Shown: positions 1-51,123 of the stretch, in pieces
Numbering within the stretch: the stretch's first letter is position 1
Layout of the letters: every line of letters begins with the position of its first letter
From: the human T2T-CHM13v2.0 reference genome, Homo sapiens
Direction: 5' to 3' (one strand)
Length of the DNA: 64,000 bases
Assembly (NCBI RefSeq): GCF_009914755.1
Contig: NC_060925.1
Made by a program: the position numbers and the translations under genes
The notes under the pieces: generated by a model
The model's input: only the letters and a program-made list of their open reading frames with translations
Database searches by the model: none
Told to the model about the DNA's origin: nothing

Positions 1-29
1 TCTTGTCTCTTAAAAAGAAAAAGAAAAAG

Positions 30-1050
30 AAAAAGTAATGGAATAAAAATACATTCGTAATAGCCCATCAAAAGCTATAAAATACCTAGGAAAACCTAAG
101 AAGAAATACGCAAGTCCTGTGTAATCTATAAAATTCTGCTGAGGGACGTAAAAGAAGACTGAAATAAATAGGCCACATTTCTGGATGGGAAGCTTTAATA
201 TAATAAAAAGGTATATTCTCCTCACATAAACTCATATATCTAAAACAATCTTGATAAAAACTTCACCAAAATTTTTATAGAATTGATAAGATTATTCTGA
301 AGTTCACCTAGAAGAGAAACTGAATAAAAATAGCTGAGAAGATGTTGTGAGCATAACATATCATGAAGTTGTGCTAATAGTATGTAGGAATATATAAATC
401 AGTGAAGGAAAATAAACTGCTTAGACGCAAATCAAAGTACGTATGGGAGGTAGTTTATAATAAAGATGACGTGCAAGTCAGGAGAGAAGTATGGATTATT
501 CAATGATGGTTTTGGGGAAACTAGACAGGTATATAGAGAAAAAAACAGTTAAATCTCTACCTCATACGATACTCTAAAATTTAAATTCCAAATAGATTAA
601 TATCCTAATACTAAAAAAAAGTTTAAAGTAGAAAAGAAAAACATCAGGAGATATTTTAATAAGTTAGAGTGAGGCTGGCCTTCTTAAGCAAGACACAAAA
701 CCCAGAAATCTTAAAAGATTGACAAATCTGATACTTAAAAGTTTCATATTTATGCATGGCAAAAGATACCATAAACAAACTTTAAAACCAAATGTCAGAC
801 TGGAAGAAAATATTTGTAACATATATTTTAAAGGTTTAATATTTGTCATGTATAAATATTTCTATAAATAAGAAAAAGATAGCCAATAGAAAAATAAGAA
901 AAGACTGTGAGTGGGCGATTCATAACAGATAAAATATAAGTAAAGGGGCTGATAAGCTTACGAAAATATACTCTACCTCACAGGGAAATGTCAGGGAAAT
1001 AATACTCATCTTTCACTCCTCAGATTAGCAGAAATTAAAAATATTGAATA
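30..1050 (+). mobile_element. Old L1 (L1M/L1ME-type) ORF2/3' fragment
   Basis: A-rich and degenerate, with L1-like motifs such as ATAAAATACCTAGGA and CAGACTGGAAGAAAATATTTGTAAC. Confidence 0.75.
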
Positions 1051-2587
1051 TTTCAGAGTGAGTTATGTCAGCAAAACAGCATATATCTGCCTCTTTCTAT
1101 AGGGCAAAGGATGGCAAGAAAGGGGTAGATTTATCTTTCTCCACTCCAATCAAAATAATCCTGGAATAATCACCTCACCATCATCTTTCCTGGTGAAGCC
1201 TTTCAAGGCCAATTCAAATGCTGTCTTCTCCAGAAGCGCCACTTTTACTCTGGAATTACCTTTCCTTCTACCATCCCTTCACAAGAGTATCATGCCACTA
1301 TTACATTGTTCCTCTGTCTCTATCTATATCCAACATGCCCCTATCATAGCACATAATGACATGTATTAACATCTACCTTAAAGGACTTTATTTTTGCCTG
1401 ATTAAAGACTGAAAGCTCTTAAAGTCTTTATTTTTTTCTTCCCTGGATCCTTGGCACTTGGCACAGTCAGTGTCTTACACAGGGGAGAAGTTTTTAAAAC
1501 ATTTGCTGACTAACTCGGCATACTGAAGATTCCCAGGATAAAAGGACAAAGTTCCTGTCCTTGAAGTACTCATAGCCAAGTAAGGGAGATAAAGCTCTGA
1601 ATGGACAATCAGAATGCAAAGATACTGCTACGAGATGAGACTGCTAAGAGAGGGGTGTACAGGATACCGTGTGGTCATCAGGGTGGAAGAGAATGAATCA
1701 GCCCCCATGATTCTCTGTGAGGTCTTAACAAAGTGTTATACTCTGGCCATACTGATCTCCTTCTAGCTCTAAACCCACCCCACCCTGACCCTTCCAGGCC
1801 ATTTCCTACTCCTGGCTTTACTCATGCTGTCTTCACTGCTTGGACTGTTCTTGATCCTCCCTCACTTGGCTGACCCAGCTCAAATATCACTTCTGTTAGG
1901 AAACCTCCTCTTCCCTCTTCCCCCTCCCCCAGCCCAAGTTAAGTGTTTCCTCAGCACTGTCTCTGAAGTCAGTGCATGCAGCTTAACCTTAGGACCTACC
2001 AGGTCGTAATGAACTTATCTGTGTTATGTGGGTCTCTCTAACAAGACTATAAACTTTTGTAGGACAGAACCATGTCTTATTCATCTTTAACTGCCTTTCC
2101 TCCCCTTATCAGAGTTTGGCACATAGTAGCTGCTTAATAAATACTTGTTGAAAACCAAACAGAAAGAAAACAAGACAGTATGACCTATTAAAGGAATGGT
2201 AAGCAGCTCTATTCATTAATTCAACAAATCCTTGATATCCTACCATGTGCTAGACATTGCCAGGAGCTGGGGAGAATGGTGAGCAAGAGATACCAGCCCT
2301 GTTCCTAGGGATCATACAGTCGCACTTCACATAGCTGGAGTGTAGAGTGTGAATCGAGGGGTGGGGAGATGGGGGATGTACCTGGAAGGTCACCTGGGGC
2401 CAGGTCCTGAAGAGCCTTGTGTGCTAGGCTAAAAAACCAAATTAAATCAGGACTGGGAGGTGGGCAGGAAGGCTGCAAGGGCAGAACAAGTCAATAGGGC
2501 AGGCCAAGTTCTCTACCCTGCTAGCGCTCTTCCCTAGGCCTAAGCAGGGTCTCTCTTTTCTCTTCAGTGACTGGGGGCCACACTCAC

Positions 2588-37900
<35,313 letters not shown>

Positions 37901-39856
37901 CTGCAGGGCAAGGAAGAGAGCGTGGTGAGCCTGGGAGCAGTCAGGAGGGTGGTGGGCCGACCAGGATGTGCTTGGTCTGCAAACCAGGCCATGGACTGCC
38001 TTGCTGACCAAGGGCAGAGGACAGGAGAGACAAGCTTCTTCATTCCTTAGGCATCTGAACACTGCGTGAAGACAGGTGACATTCTGCTCTGCCCTCCAAG
38101 TCCAAGAGCTCAAACCCAGCAAGCATGACAAGATTTATCATACCCCACCACACTCCTGCTTCCCCTCAATGTCTAGTTCCACTGCCACTGTCCCCAGGAA
38201 GCCTTCCCTGATACCCTCCAGCAGCTGCCTTAGCTCCTTCAGCCAGTTCTCAGTCTCTTTACCTGCCTGTCCCACTTTCCCCAACTGGACTGGAAGTCAA
38301 AGTCCCTTCTGCAGGCGCCAGGGAGTTTGTGATCATGAATCCTACACATAGATGATTCCTTTGTGGCAAGATGAATGACGTATTTTGTGTTCAGAGCAGT
38401 CGGAAGAGGATCTACTGGGCAAGACACCCAAATCAGTCCCTGCCCCCCGGTGCCTACAGCCTGCAGGGTGACCTCCACACTGCTCTGGGGATCTCAATCC
38501 CACTTCCTCCTCCTCCTCCTCCTCCTATCTGTGTGACCTTGAGGATGTTCCTTAATCTCTGAGCCTACATTTTCTTATCTATATAATAGGGAGAAGAAGA
38601 CAAAAGGCGGTGAGGAGGAGCAACAAGAAGTCGTAATGTATGAAGAACCTGCAGCAGACTCAGGCACATGGCAGATGCTGGAGAAGTGGCAGCTACTGTT
38701 GTTTTCAGGGTTTGAGTCTTAATTAGAAGCTGAAGGAATGGGGTTCTGTGTCCACACAGGGGATGTAGCAGGCTGAGAGCTCACAGCTGGTTACGGAGCT
38801 GAGATAAGAATGCAGGTACCATCCCCAGCCCGGTTCTTTACTGCCTTCTGTGTCTTGTCCTACGAGGAACTAGAGTTTCCAGATCAATGAGAGGAAACAG
38901 AGATGGATGCCCATGTCATAAGGTGCCCCAGCTTCTTCCCAAGCAGCAGCACAGCACTGGGCGCACCTAGCAGGCCCGGGGGAGAGCAGTTGCCCTGTCA
39001 GGGCTTCCATGGGGGAACTGAGGCTGCCTGGCTACCCCCAGTAGGTGGTGGGGGTGTGGGGGTGTTGGAGACCGGGAAGGGGCCTTGAGCGCTCCACCCC
39101 TGACATCCTGCACCCTCTGTAGCAGCCCTAGGCCTCTGAATTATTGGGGGCTCATCTGCATCAAATCTGCATTGAACTCACACATGCCCTGTTCCTGCTG
39201 GACCAAGCATCCAGGACCCGCTACAGAACAAGGTGAGGAAGAGAGCACTGGGCAGGGAGTCCGGAGGTCTGGATTTGAGTCACTGCTGTGCTATTTTGCT
39301 CTGTATCCTCAAGCACATCATGGCCCTTTTCTGGCCTACAGCTTCTTCATCAGGAAAAGAGAGGGTGATCTGGTGAGAGATAAGCTTTCAGGTGTGGTAG
39401 TTCGAGATCAGGAGGCCCAGAAATGAAGACGGCAGGGGGGTCTCTTTTCAGCCTAAAAGAGGATACCTCAGCACAGCAGTGACTTACCCCAGGCCTTGGG
39501 GCGCTCAGACCACCAAAGTCCTCCCCTGGAATGAGCTTGGGATGGATTTAACATCAGGGGCCACTAGGATGTGGCCTCTCCCCAGGGGCTTAGAAGTCCC
39601 GTGGCCCCAGCCTGCCCCGCTCCCTCATCTTCCCCTCCTCATACTTCCCAATCTAGCCCCACCTCAACTGCCGGTGGGTCCTCATATACTCAATGCTTTT
39701 TATACCATCATACCTTGCCCAAGCTGTCTTTAGTCTGAAAGCCCCTTCCCCCACCTCTCACCTTCTTTCCATTACACACTGGGCTTAAGTATCACCTCCA
39801 GTCTTGATCAGTAGCCTCTCCTGAGCTCCTACAATCCCCTGAATGTCCTTCTAGGG

Positions 39857-40074
39857 CAGAGGTTGGCAAACTTTTTCTGTGAAGGGCCAGATAGTAGCTA
39901 TTTAGGCTTTGAGGGCCAAATGGTCTCGGTCACACCACTCAATCCTGCCACTATGGGGCAGAAGCAGTCAGAGACATTAGATAAATGAGTGAGCATGGTT
40001 ATGTTTCAATAAAACTTTATTTACAAAAAACTGGTGACAGGCCAGGCCTGTGGCCTGTATTTTGATGACCTCTG
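39857..40074. mobile_element. MER58A-like hAT-Charlie DNA transposon
   Basis: TIRs CAGAGGTTGGCAAAC...TTTGATGACCTCTG; internal GAAGGGCCAGATAGTA and TTCAATAAAACTTTATTTACAAAA. Confidence 0.88.
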
Positions 40075-43000
40075 CTCTAGATCATCACTGATTGCGAGTC
40101 CAACATGGTTTGCTTTCTTCCCTGTCCCTGCAGCACAGAGACTGTCAAATTCAGCAAGAATCCAGCTTGGGGTAGGTCTCAGTGCGGGACACTGAGCTAA
40201 ATGCGAGCACAGCCACCCAGCCTCTGCTCCATACTTACAGTTCTGGGGCTTGCCTTCTCCCTGGGAAGCCACTCCCATGGACCACCTTTATTCAAATCTA
40301 CCCACAGGCCCTCTGGGTGCTTCTGGGGCTGCAGGCCTGCTCCCCCTCCTCTGGGGAGCCTGGCAAGGATTTGGTGAGAGAGACTGTGTCTCTGAATCTG
40401 TTCCATGTCTGTCCTTCTCAGTGGAATCTTTGCAGTACATCTGCATTCTAAGATGAGTTTTCTTCACACTTTGCTTAGAAGAATGCCTCTGTACGTGCAG
40501 AACTAGAAGAAACCTGAGGAATCAGAGTCCACCTTCAGATGGGTAGATTGAGGCCCAGAAAGGGAAAGGGGCTGGCTGAGGGAAATACAGCATGGCAGGG
40601 ATAAGAACAGCTCTCCTGCCTCTCAGCCCAGGGCTCTGGAGAGGCCCTCCCTGTTTCCTGCACTGAGAGGTCATCGTCAATGATAGATGCGAATACCACC
40701 TATTGGTAAATCATAGTCCATAATCATCTTAAAGTAAGTACCAATATGAACCACAGCACCTGGGGAATTTCCTAATGTGAACACCAGTGGTTTTCCCCCC
40801 ACAAGAAGCTCAGCATCCAAAAAAAGAAACGTATATCCTAGTTTTCTCTTTTTCTCGTTCTAACACTCACTAGGTGCTTCCTCTGTGCCAGTCTCTGCCA
40901 GGTGTTTTTACCCAAGAAACCTCATGGCAGGGGGCCTGCTATGTACTCATTTGACATATGAGGAAATCCAGACCCAGAGATGTTAAGTTACATGTCCAAG
41001 GTCACAGCTGGGGGGAGCAGGGTCACAGTCTGAACCCACAGTCAGATGCCTGCTCATCTCCACCACGGCTCCCCAGTCAAACATTCAGCAGTACCAAATG
41101 TGGAAGAAAAACCTTACAGCAGGTGGGAAAGCCCTGTGCAAGCTTCAGTTCCACATTCAATGAACCTTGCTTCTGTTCTACGTTCTGCACTGAGAACACA
41201 GAATCAGCCCAGCCCAGTCTCTGGGAATTAAGAGCAAGTAGGCAAGTCTGGCAAGGATGTGTGGTCAGACAGTGCCCAAAACAGCAGGGCAGGCTTGAAG
41301 AAGGTGATGATGGGGCTCTGTTGCTGGGCACAGGACAACCAGATACCCCCCAAAAACCCTGCCCTCCCTGGGATTCTGAAAGCCTGGGGGTGATCTTGTC
41401 CTCCTCCATGTGCCAAGCCCTGGCAGGCACTGGGCAAGGAGGCCAGAGCAGCCAAAAACACCACTGCTGTCCCAAAGGGCAGCTTTGAGGTCAGCCCCGC
41501 CCAGGAAATGGCAGCTGCAGGGAGAGTGGTGTTTTTGGCAACAGATTCGGTGGTGTTTTTGGGAACAGATTTGTTCACTGGCTGGACCAGCTTGGAGATT
41601 TTCCACTCTAGCTCTGGCCTGGCACCTTTCACCCAATATCCCAGTGACTCCTCACAGCTATCTTGGTAGCTGTTGTTATTAATCCCATTGTACAGAAGAG
41701 GAAATTAAGGCTTAGAGGTAAGGGTGTTAGGTGGCAGAAGTGTGATTTCAACTGTGTGTGGCAGCTGCCAAAGCTTGATCTCTTTCCACTCAGACCCTCA
41801 GCCACCTCAGTGTTACCAGGCTAAGAATGAGGACCCCAGAGAGTCCTCAAATGTACTGAAACATCTCTCAGGTCTCCTGGAATGTGCCCAGAAGTGTGCA
41901 GCAGAATAAACCCAGGCCTGGGACGGCTTTTGCTCTGCTAATGGACAGCACTTTCAGGGTGGGGACTAGACTAAAGCACGCTGGAGGGCCCCATTGGAAG
42001 TGTGACCATATGGAAGGATCTGGAGTCAGAGTGGAGACTGACTCCTGGCATAGCCACCTCGGGGTGAACCTGGGCAAGTGGGGATGTGGCTTTCCCATGC
42101 AGCTTTGTCACAAGGACAAAAGGCAAAAAGACTCTTCTGGGGGATCCTGGTGAACACCCAGTGTCAGGCCGTTCAGTGCAATGAGCCCAATAGTCCCTCG
42201 TGAAGAGACCATATCAGCCCTGCCATGAGATGAGGGCTGTGCCGCCATTCTAAGGCTGTCAGAGAAAGCCATGCCAGACCCCTACTCTGCTGGCCTTGGC
42301 TCTGGTTCCCAGGGTGATTCCCCAGCTGGGCTCAAGGCCATGGCTCCCTGTTTCCAGGGATTTATGTCCCCCCATGCCAGTCTGCCCCTTGGACAATGCC
42401 CACCTCTGTGAGTCCCTCAGCCCAGGAGTGATACATAGTCAACCAGGGTCTGCGACATCATAATCTGGTGCCATGGCAACAGATGGGCTGCCACAAAGGA
42501 CTAGGGGATTCTAGGGGCAGTGAGGAGGGGCTGACCCCAGGGTAGAGTAGGGGAGAGTGGGAAATCCAGGACAAAGGAAGTGGGAAATGCTATTTATAAC
42601 AAGAACACGGGCCAAGGAAAGTGCCAGACAGTCCATGGTCTATCAAACTGCGCCCTGCCACTTGTAGGCTATGTGACCTTACACAAGTTACAGGACTCCT
42701 GTGAGCCGCACTTTCTTCGTCTGCTTCACGGGACACACAGGGTCATTGTGAGAAGCAAATAAGCTAAGGATGGCCCCAGGGCTTTATGAACTGAGAAGCA
42801 AAAAGGTGCAAGTTAGAGGTGTGTGAAGTCACAGCCCTGGCCCCAGCTGCCGTGTGTGTAACACTGGGCCCATCCGTCAAACCTTCTGAGCTTGCCTCCT
42901 CCTCATCAGGAAATGGAGGTGTGGCGCTGACTAAGTCTTAAGGCCCTCTCCACACTCAGTGTCTGTGATCCTGTGAAACTGTTAGAATCACTCAGCACTT

Positions 43001-45195
43001 CTTGGCTTCCCCCGCCTCCAGAGACATCCTTCCCTGAGACAGTATACATCCTTCCCATGCTGCTCCCCACCCACACGCATCGTGGAGCCCCGGTGCAGAG
43101 AGAAGGCTCCAAAATAAAGATTAGTCCGGGCTGCCCAGGGGCACTGCTCTGTGCAGCTTCCTCTTGGCAATCCGAATGTCCTGCCGTGTTGGACTCCAGG
43201 GTCTTGAGGCCCCCTACGTGGGTCTCCCATGTTACATGCCTGGAAGCCAAGGCCTAGTGAGAAGTGACTGCTCAAAGCCACAGCACATGTCTGTGGGAGG
43301 GCTGCACTTGAACCCAGGTAATGACTCCCAATCCCACTTTGTAGCCAGCAAGCCAGGCGAGGGCCACCTGACCTGGCCCAGGGGTCAGGGAAGGCTTCCC
43401 AGAGGAGGGGCACTGTGTTCAAGGAAGAGGAGTCAGCCAAGCTGTGGGAGTGAAGAGAGCAGGGAAGAGCATTCCAGGAGGAAGGATAATGGGGCTTAGG
43501 GGCATGGAGGAGCGAGCAGAGTGACCATTAGGGGCTGGGGACAAGGCAAGTGGCAAGGGACCTGGAGCTCCACCAGGCCAGGGAACAATTGACCCTGGTG
43601 GAGTTGTTCACCAAGTTGTGCACAAAGCTGCCCTGCAGAGGCCCAGCACAGGGGCCTGGCTTTCCTTGAGCTTGCCCAGGGACCCATCCAGCCTCTTGCT
43701 AAACACAGGGCTGCTCTCCAGCAGCCAAAAAAACCCAGGGCTCCAGGCTGCCAGAGCTTCCTTTGGGATTTCGTGAGGCCATGCAACACAGAAAATCGGC
43801 CCTTAGCAGAGGAGGGGAGGGGTAGGGGGCAGGACAGAGCCCAGGGGTGGCCATGCACCAGGATATTTGGGATAGACACTTATTATTTTCCCCCTTGGAG
43901 ATGCATGATGCCCACGGTTTATAAAGGCCCTGGGAAGGACTGCAGTAAAGATATCTGATTGACGGTTTCCTCCAGCCTTCCAAGCTTGTTTAACCAAGGA
44001 ACTCCTTTTTCAGATGCCACATCTGTTTATTTCCCAAGAAACAAGTGGTCCAATGAACCACACCTAGGAAAACACTGCTGGGGCACAAGCCTCTCATCCT
44101 ACAGATGATTAGATGAGGTGCAGAGAAGGGAGGGACTAGCCCGTGTTGACACAGCAGCCTGGTAGTTGTACTTAGCCGTCTGTCTCTGGGCCAGCCCCAC
44201 TAGGCCATAAAAAATAGAACAAAGTGTTCACAGAGCATGGAGCCCAGAGTGAAGCTGCAGGGACCCCACTGGAGACCCCAATCCTCAGAGCATGGACACG
44301 TCTAGAGAAAGGCCCTGGAAAGAACAGAGAGAATTGATACCCAGCCACCTAGGACAGGGAGATGAGGGAGCTGTCAGCCTTACAGGCTCTGACTGATCTC
44401 TGGTTTCTGTGGACAGGTCTTGGGCTCTAGAGAATGTTCTCTGAAGGCAGAGCAGCGACCCCTAAGAAAGGTGGATTCCAGCTCAACATTGTTGTTCAGC
44501 AAGCTGGGGCAGGTTCTTTCCCCTCCTAGGGCAGTTGAGAGGCTGAGAGCAAAGGTAAAGCCCCTAACTTGGAGAGCTGGGTGCACAGAAGGGACTTGGA
44601 TGTTCCCACTTCCTCTCCCAGGCCTGGGCCAGCACAGGGTGGCCTGGCTCTGGCCCTAAGGCAGTTGGGCCACTTGTACCCGGGTCGGGGAGATGAAAGG
44701 GCTGCTCCCACCAACAGTTACCCTTCGACAGAGCTCGCCATGCCCCAGCGTTGCCAAGACGACCGCTTCCAGCAGAATGCAGATCCGGGGTGGGGGCAGG
44801 GGGCGTGCCAGCCCGCCCCTGGCCTACTAACCTGGCAGGCAGATTTAAATGACAGTCCAGGAAGCTACTATTAAACTGTCACCCCAGTCAACAGGATGAC
44901 AGACCCAGAGTGTTCTCTGGCTGCAGCAACGACAGAGCAGTAATGAGAGGGGGAGGAGACCGTGGCCCAGAGCAACCTGCACCCCACCCGGGGGCCCTGG
45001 CCTGACGGCCGTCCCACTACCAGAGCCACCCTCTCAGGCTGTGGCGGGTCCTGGCATGGAGCTGGGGCTCAGCACAGGGCCTGGAAAACTATTTTTAAGC
45101 AGAGGAACCCTTTTCCCAAGTGAACCCCCAACATATAAGACAGATTAAAATGGAGCTGCACGGTTGGAAGTGGTGGTGGGGGTGATGCCCAGAGC

Positions 45196-45287
45196 CCATC
45201 GCCAGCAGATCTGGGGTCCAGCAGCACTGGATTCAAATCCTCCATCGCCAGCAGATCTGGGGTCCAGCAGCAATGGATTCAAATCCT
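45196..45287. repeat. 46-bp tandem duplication (2 copies)
   Basis: CCATCGCCAGCAGATCTGGGGTCCAGCAGCA(C/A)TGGATTCAAATCCT x2, one mismatch. Confidence 0.95.
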
Positions 45288-47309
45288 AACCCCTCCCTGG
45301 ACATGTGATGTTCCTAAAACCCTCAGTTTAAAGATCCCGTGGGTCCATTATAACATTGCAAACAGCTTCCACATGGCTCTGCTTCTGACACTCTAGGGAC
45401 CTACGGTTCTAAGGCTGTAACACTCTGATTTGCACCCTAAGCCCCTGTGACAAGACTCCATGACAGCTACCGCCAGAGTCGGAGATGTCGATAAGCTGCG
45501 GATGGCAGCCTCTGATGCCTTCCCTGAAAGGAACTGTTTATCTGAGTCCAGAAGTCCACATGCGGACAGTCTCTGACTACTCAAGGCTCGGCGGTTCCCA
45601 GAAGGCGAACGGTTCCCACAGTGTCCTGACAGTAGGGTGCAGGGGCCAGCACCCGCGTGTGGTGGGCGGGACTCGGTGCGTGGCTTTGTACTGCCCAGCG
45701 GGCTCTGGGGCTCAAGCCACCATCATCCATCAGCAGGCGACATCTAAATTCGCCCTCTCCCCCACCTTCCCATCCCACCTGGGGAGACTGAGAAGCTGCA
45801 GGTGCTGAGGAGGAGGGAGACACACGAAGGGCTCCAGCCAAAGGATTCACCCCATTCGGAATGAAGAGGCTGCAGCGGAAGGAGCACTTTTTGGTGAGGG
45901 CGGCTTTGCTTTCAAATCGGGAAGAGTTTCCCTCAAAATTTTCTGGGTTCTCTCCTCCAACCCATTCCACTAAGGAGTTACACAATTCTAACCAAGCCAG
46001 ATCCTAAGACCATAAATCTATTTATTTCCCAAGAAACAAGTGGTCCAAACATGAAACAAGTGGTCCACCTTTGCCCCAAAACACCAAGGCATGAAAATGA
46101 GGTTGCAAAGATCAGGAGGCCCGAGGAAAGACAAAATGGGAGGCAGCAGCAGGGCCCCCAGCGGTGGAAGGAGTGTCACCCCTTCCCATTCTGGGCCTCA
46201 GTTTCCTCAGGTGAACACATCTCTAAGGGCCCCCTCCAGCTGACCTTCTGGATTAGTGACCCCGTGACACGGAGGGGTTGTGGATCTTGGTGCTGTTCCA
46301 AGTCCTTCCAAAGAGGTCATCTGGGGCTTCCCACAGCCAAGCACCTCCTCCAGGCCCCAGTACATCCCAGCTGCTCTCAGATACTGCCGGACCCTGGCCC
46401 CACTGTCACCAAGGGAGGCCCAAGCCCTTGCTGGGGTATGTAGGCCTCCCTGTCACCACAGGGAAGAAGAGCGTCTCCGAGGGACAGACCGACAAAGGCG
46501 TCTTCCTGTCCCAGTGATTTGTGGTTGCAGGAGGTATTGAACGAGTGACAGCTGAGGGGCTGGGAGGAGGTGGGTATGGGGGAGAGGTGGGCAGGATGGG
46601 ATCAGCAGGGGTCCCTGGCTGGCGCCTGCAAAGGGACCAAGCATTACGCAAGGGGTGCTGCTGAGAGCAGGCAGCACGCTGAGAAGATGACCACGTTCCT
46701 GCCCTCTCCCAGGCTCCAGCCAGCCCCACCCTGGGTTTTGGCACTGGGATTGTGGGTTCCAGAGAAACAGCTAGAAGAAAACTCATGACATTCTTAAAGT
46801 AGAAGCTTCCAGAGGCCAGAAGGCAAGGCCAGGAGACCCTTTAGGCCCTCCAGCCAGAGTCATTGCCAGGCTCCCAGCCTCACATTCCCCTTCCACTCCT
46901 ACCCCAGTGGAAACGTGGCCTCCTCTGACCAGGGCACCTTCCTGGCTAACCCCAGCCAGTCCCCCTGGGGCTGATGGGTCCACAGCTCCGCCTCCCTTGG
47001 GCAGGCTGACCTTGGAGCTTGCCAAGGACCCCTGCATTCCAGGCCCTGTTCTTGCCACCAGCCCTCTGAGGGAAGGAGGGGCAGCTCTTCCGCTTCTTCT
47101 TTTGCAGTTGAGGAGAAGGTTCTAGATCTCATTCCAGCCCTGCTCTGCCACCAACACGCTGTGTGACAAGGGGCAGGCCTCTCTGGGCTCTCGGCCCCCA
47201 CTAACTGTAAGTGGGAAGCTCAGGGCTCCCAGAGCAGAACTCTGCAGCCAGGGCCAAGGAGGCCAGGCCCGAGGGATTCAAGAACCCACGAGGCGCAGAC
47301 ACTCCTCTG

Positions 47310-47418
47310 GTGGAGCGAATGATTGAGTGATGACCCCTGCCTGTGTGGAGCGAATGATTGAGTGATGACCTCTGCCTGTGTGGAGCAAATGATTCAGTGA
47401 TGACCCCTGCCTGTGTGG
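47310..47418. repeat. 35-bp tandem repeat (3 copies)
   Basis: GTGGAGCGAATGATTGAGTGATGACCCCTGCCTGT starting at 47310, 47345 and 47380. Confidence 0.95.
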
Positions 47419-49636
47419 GGAGGGGTGGCGGGTCCCTGGCTGCTACCCACAGGCAGGCAGGGCACTCAGGCCTCTGATGTCAGCAGTGGGTCGCTGCAGC
47501 ACCCTCTCCTCTGCCCACCAGGTAGAGACTGCACACACTAGGAAGCAGCCCTGGCTAGTGAAAAACGCAAATGCTTTCACCAATTAGGCTGGTAGGAGAA
47601 GCATTTCCTAGCAGGAGCCTCACTGGCCCATCCCGGTGATAAATGGGCAGCACCTGTTATTGGGAAATCCATCTCCTGGTGTGGGACTGCTGCCTCTCTG
47701 GAGTGCTCCTCTGTGCTGGGCTCTGGGCTCCTCACCAGGGAGTGTGTGGCAGGCTGTGCCCAGGAGGCTGGTGTGAGCTCTCTGCCACCCCCAGCCTCAC
47801 ATTGGTCATCCAGGGAGCCTCTGCCCACCTGTGCCCACCTGTGTGCCCAGCAGAAGGTCTGCAGGTTAAAGTATCACTCTGTGATATCGCTGAGGCCTGT
47901 GCAGGGAGTCTGCTGGCTTTTCTGGAGAGAGGTTAAGAATATCTCACTGAGAATGGAGTTAGCAATGGGCCGTCTGCCACTCCTGGCCTGGAGGGCCTGG
48001 CTCTGCTCTGTGGCCTTGATGTAAGTCTCTGGCCTTCTCTGTGCCTTGCTCTCTTCTTTCATGGCATGGTGAGTTGGATGAGATAAGCTCTAAGTTCCTC
48101 TCCTTTTTAGGTATGGTTTTACCCACCACCAGGCCCAGAGTGGGCTGACAGAGGGAGGGAACTGTGGCTTGGTCCCCAGTCCCTTACAGTCCACTCCTGT
48201 GGCTCCAGGGGCTACAAATCCAGAGCCAGTAGTCACTGTCCTACCAAAGTCCTCTCCGTAATCAAAGAGCCATCTTTCCTTGCCTGCTGGCTTCCCATCT
48301 CCCCTTGAATATGACCAACTGCCTTAGCAGGGCACTCAGGAACAGTTCAACCTGCCCTGCTACTGCTCTGGCCCATCCCTGGCCATCACCTGCCTCCAGT
48401 AACCACTCAATGGTTATGGACAAGCCATTGGCCTTCATACCAGGTGCTTTTGCTCACGCAGCTCCCCCAGGCCAGAAGCCCTTCTTCCACCTCCATGGGC
48501 AAAACTCTCCCACCCCTGATGGCCAGCTCAAGCATCAGCTGTTCATGGTGTCTGACAATGCCCCCATCCAAATGCCCCCACCTCTGACAGAGCAGAAATG
48601 AGTGGATCCCAGCCCAGGGCCAGCCAGGGCCCACAACACCAAAGGTAGGACGTTAGCAAGCTCGAGTCTCCATGGGGTGCTTATTTTGCTGCTGTATTTT
48701 GGCAGACCGACCCAGGCAGTGCCTACGGGAAGCCCCTTCCAGGCTGTGCCCACCCTGGCCGTCAGTGCTGAGATGAAGATCTGCGGCCCCACTGGCCAGG
48801 GGAGACCTCAGGAGCCATCCACCAGACCGGACTAGGCTCAGAAGTCATCCCAGCAGCTCAGTAAGCCAGTGACACGTGGCTCGGCCACTGTCATAAAGCA
48901 GGGCTCAGGGAGATGCAAACCCTTCCCAGTCTCCTAGTGAAAGCTGGGCCCTCGGTGTGAGAAAGCCCTTCACAGGGCTTCTCTGGGGAGTTCCACAAAG
49001 CCCTGCCTGGGTTCCAGACCGTCTCAGTAGTTTGGGCCTCGGGAGCCCTGGCTACCCCTCCAGGCTGCCCTTGACCTCTGGGGTGACATTGGACATGCCC
49101 CTTACCCTCTGGTGCCTCAGCCTCCTCACCTAGACATTGGAGGAGTCAGGTTTTCATGTGTACCATTCAAAGGCCTGCCTGGGTTACCTCACAAGGTGAG
49201 AGTGAAAGGGACAGAAGGAGGGTGCTCGAGGTGTGGGGGGTGGGGTGGAGTGGTGTGGGCCAGTGTAGTCAGCACCCGCTCCGGGAGGGGAGACAGGTGT
49301 GCTGCTGGGTGATGCGGACAGCAGAGCACGTGGCTCAGGGCAGGTGCTCAATGGAGAGAGTGGAAGGGCCCTGAAGCCAGGGGCTCCTGAGAACCTTCGG
49401 CTCAGAGGTGGGGATCATGGGGGCATTGGGGAACAAGGGAATTGTCTGATTGGGATACTCCCTGAGCCCAAGAGAAATCTAGCAGACTGGCCCTGGGTCC
49501 TTAGCGGGTATGGAGTTGAGTGACAGGTTTGAGACTCCATCCCCAGTCCCTCGGCCTGGCTCCTCAGGGCAGCTGTGAGGTGGGTGTGAGGCAGAAGCCA
49601 CCACCCACTTTAAGAGATTAGGAAGCAAAGACCTTA

Positions 49637-51123
<1,487 letters not shown>

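Noticed and set aside
2117-2252. Tail-to-tail L2 ends forming a hairpin like L2-derived miRNAs
   Set aside because: The arms pair poorly and the 67-nt loop is too long for a Drosha substrate.
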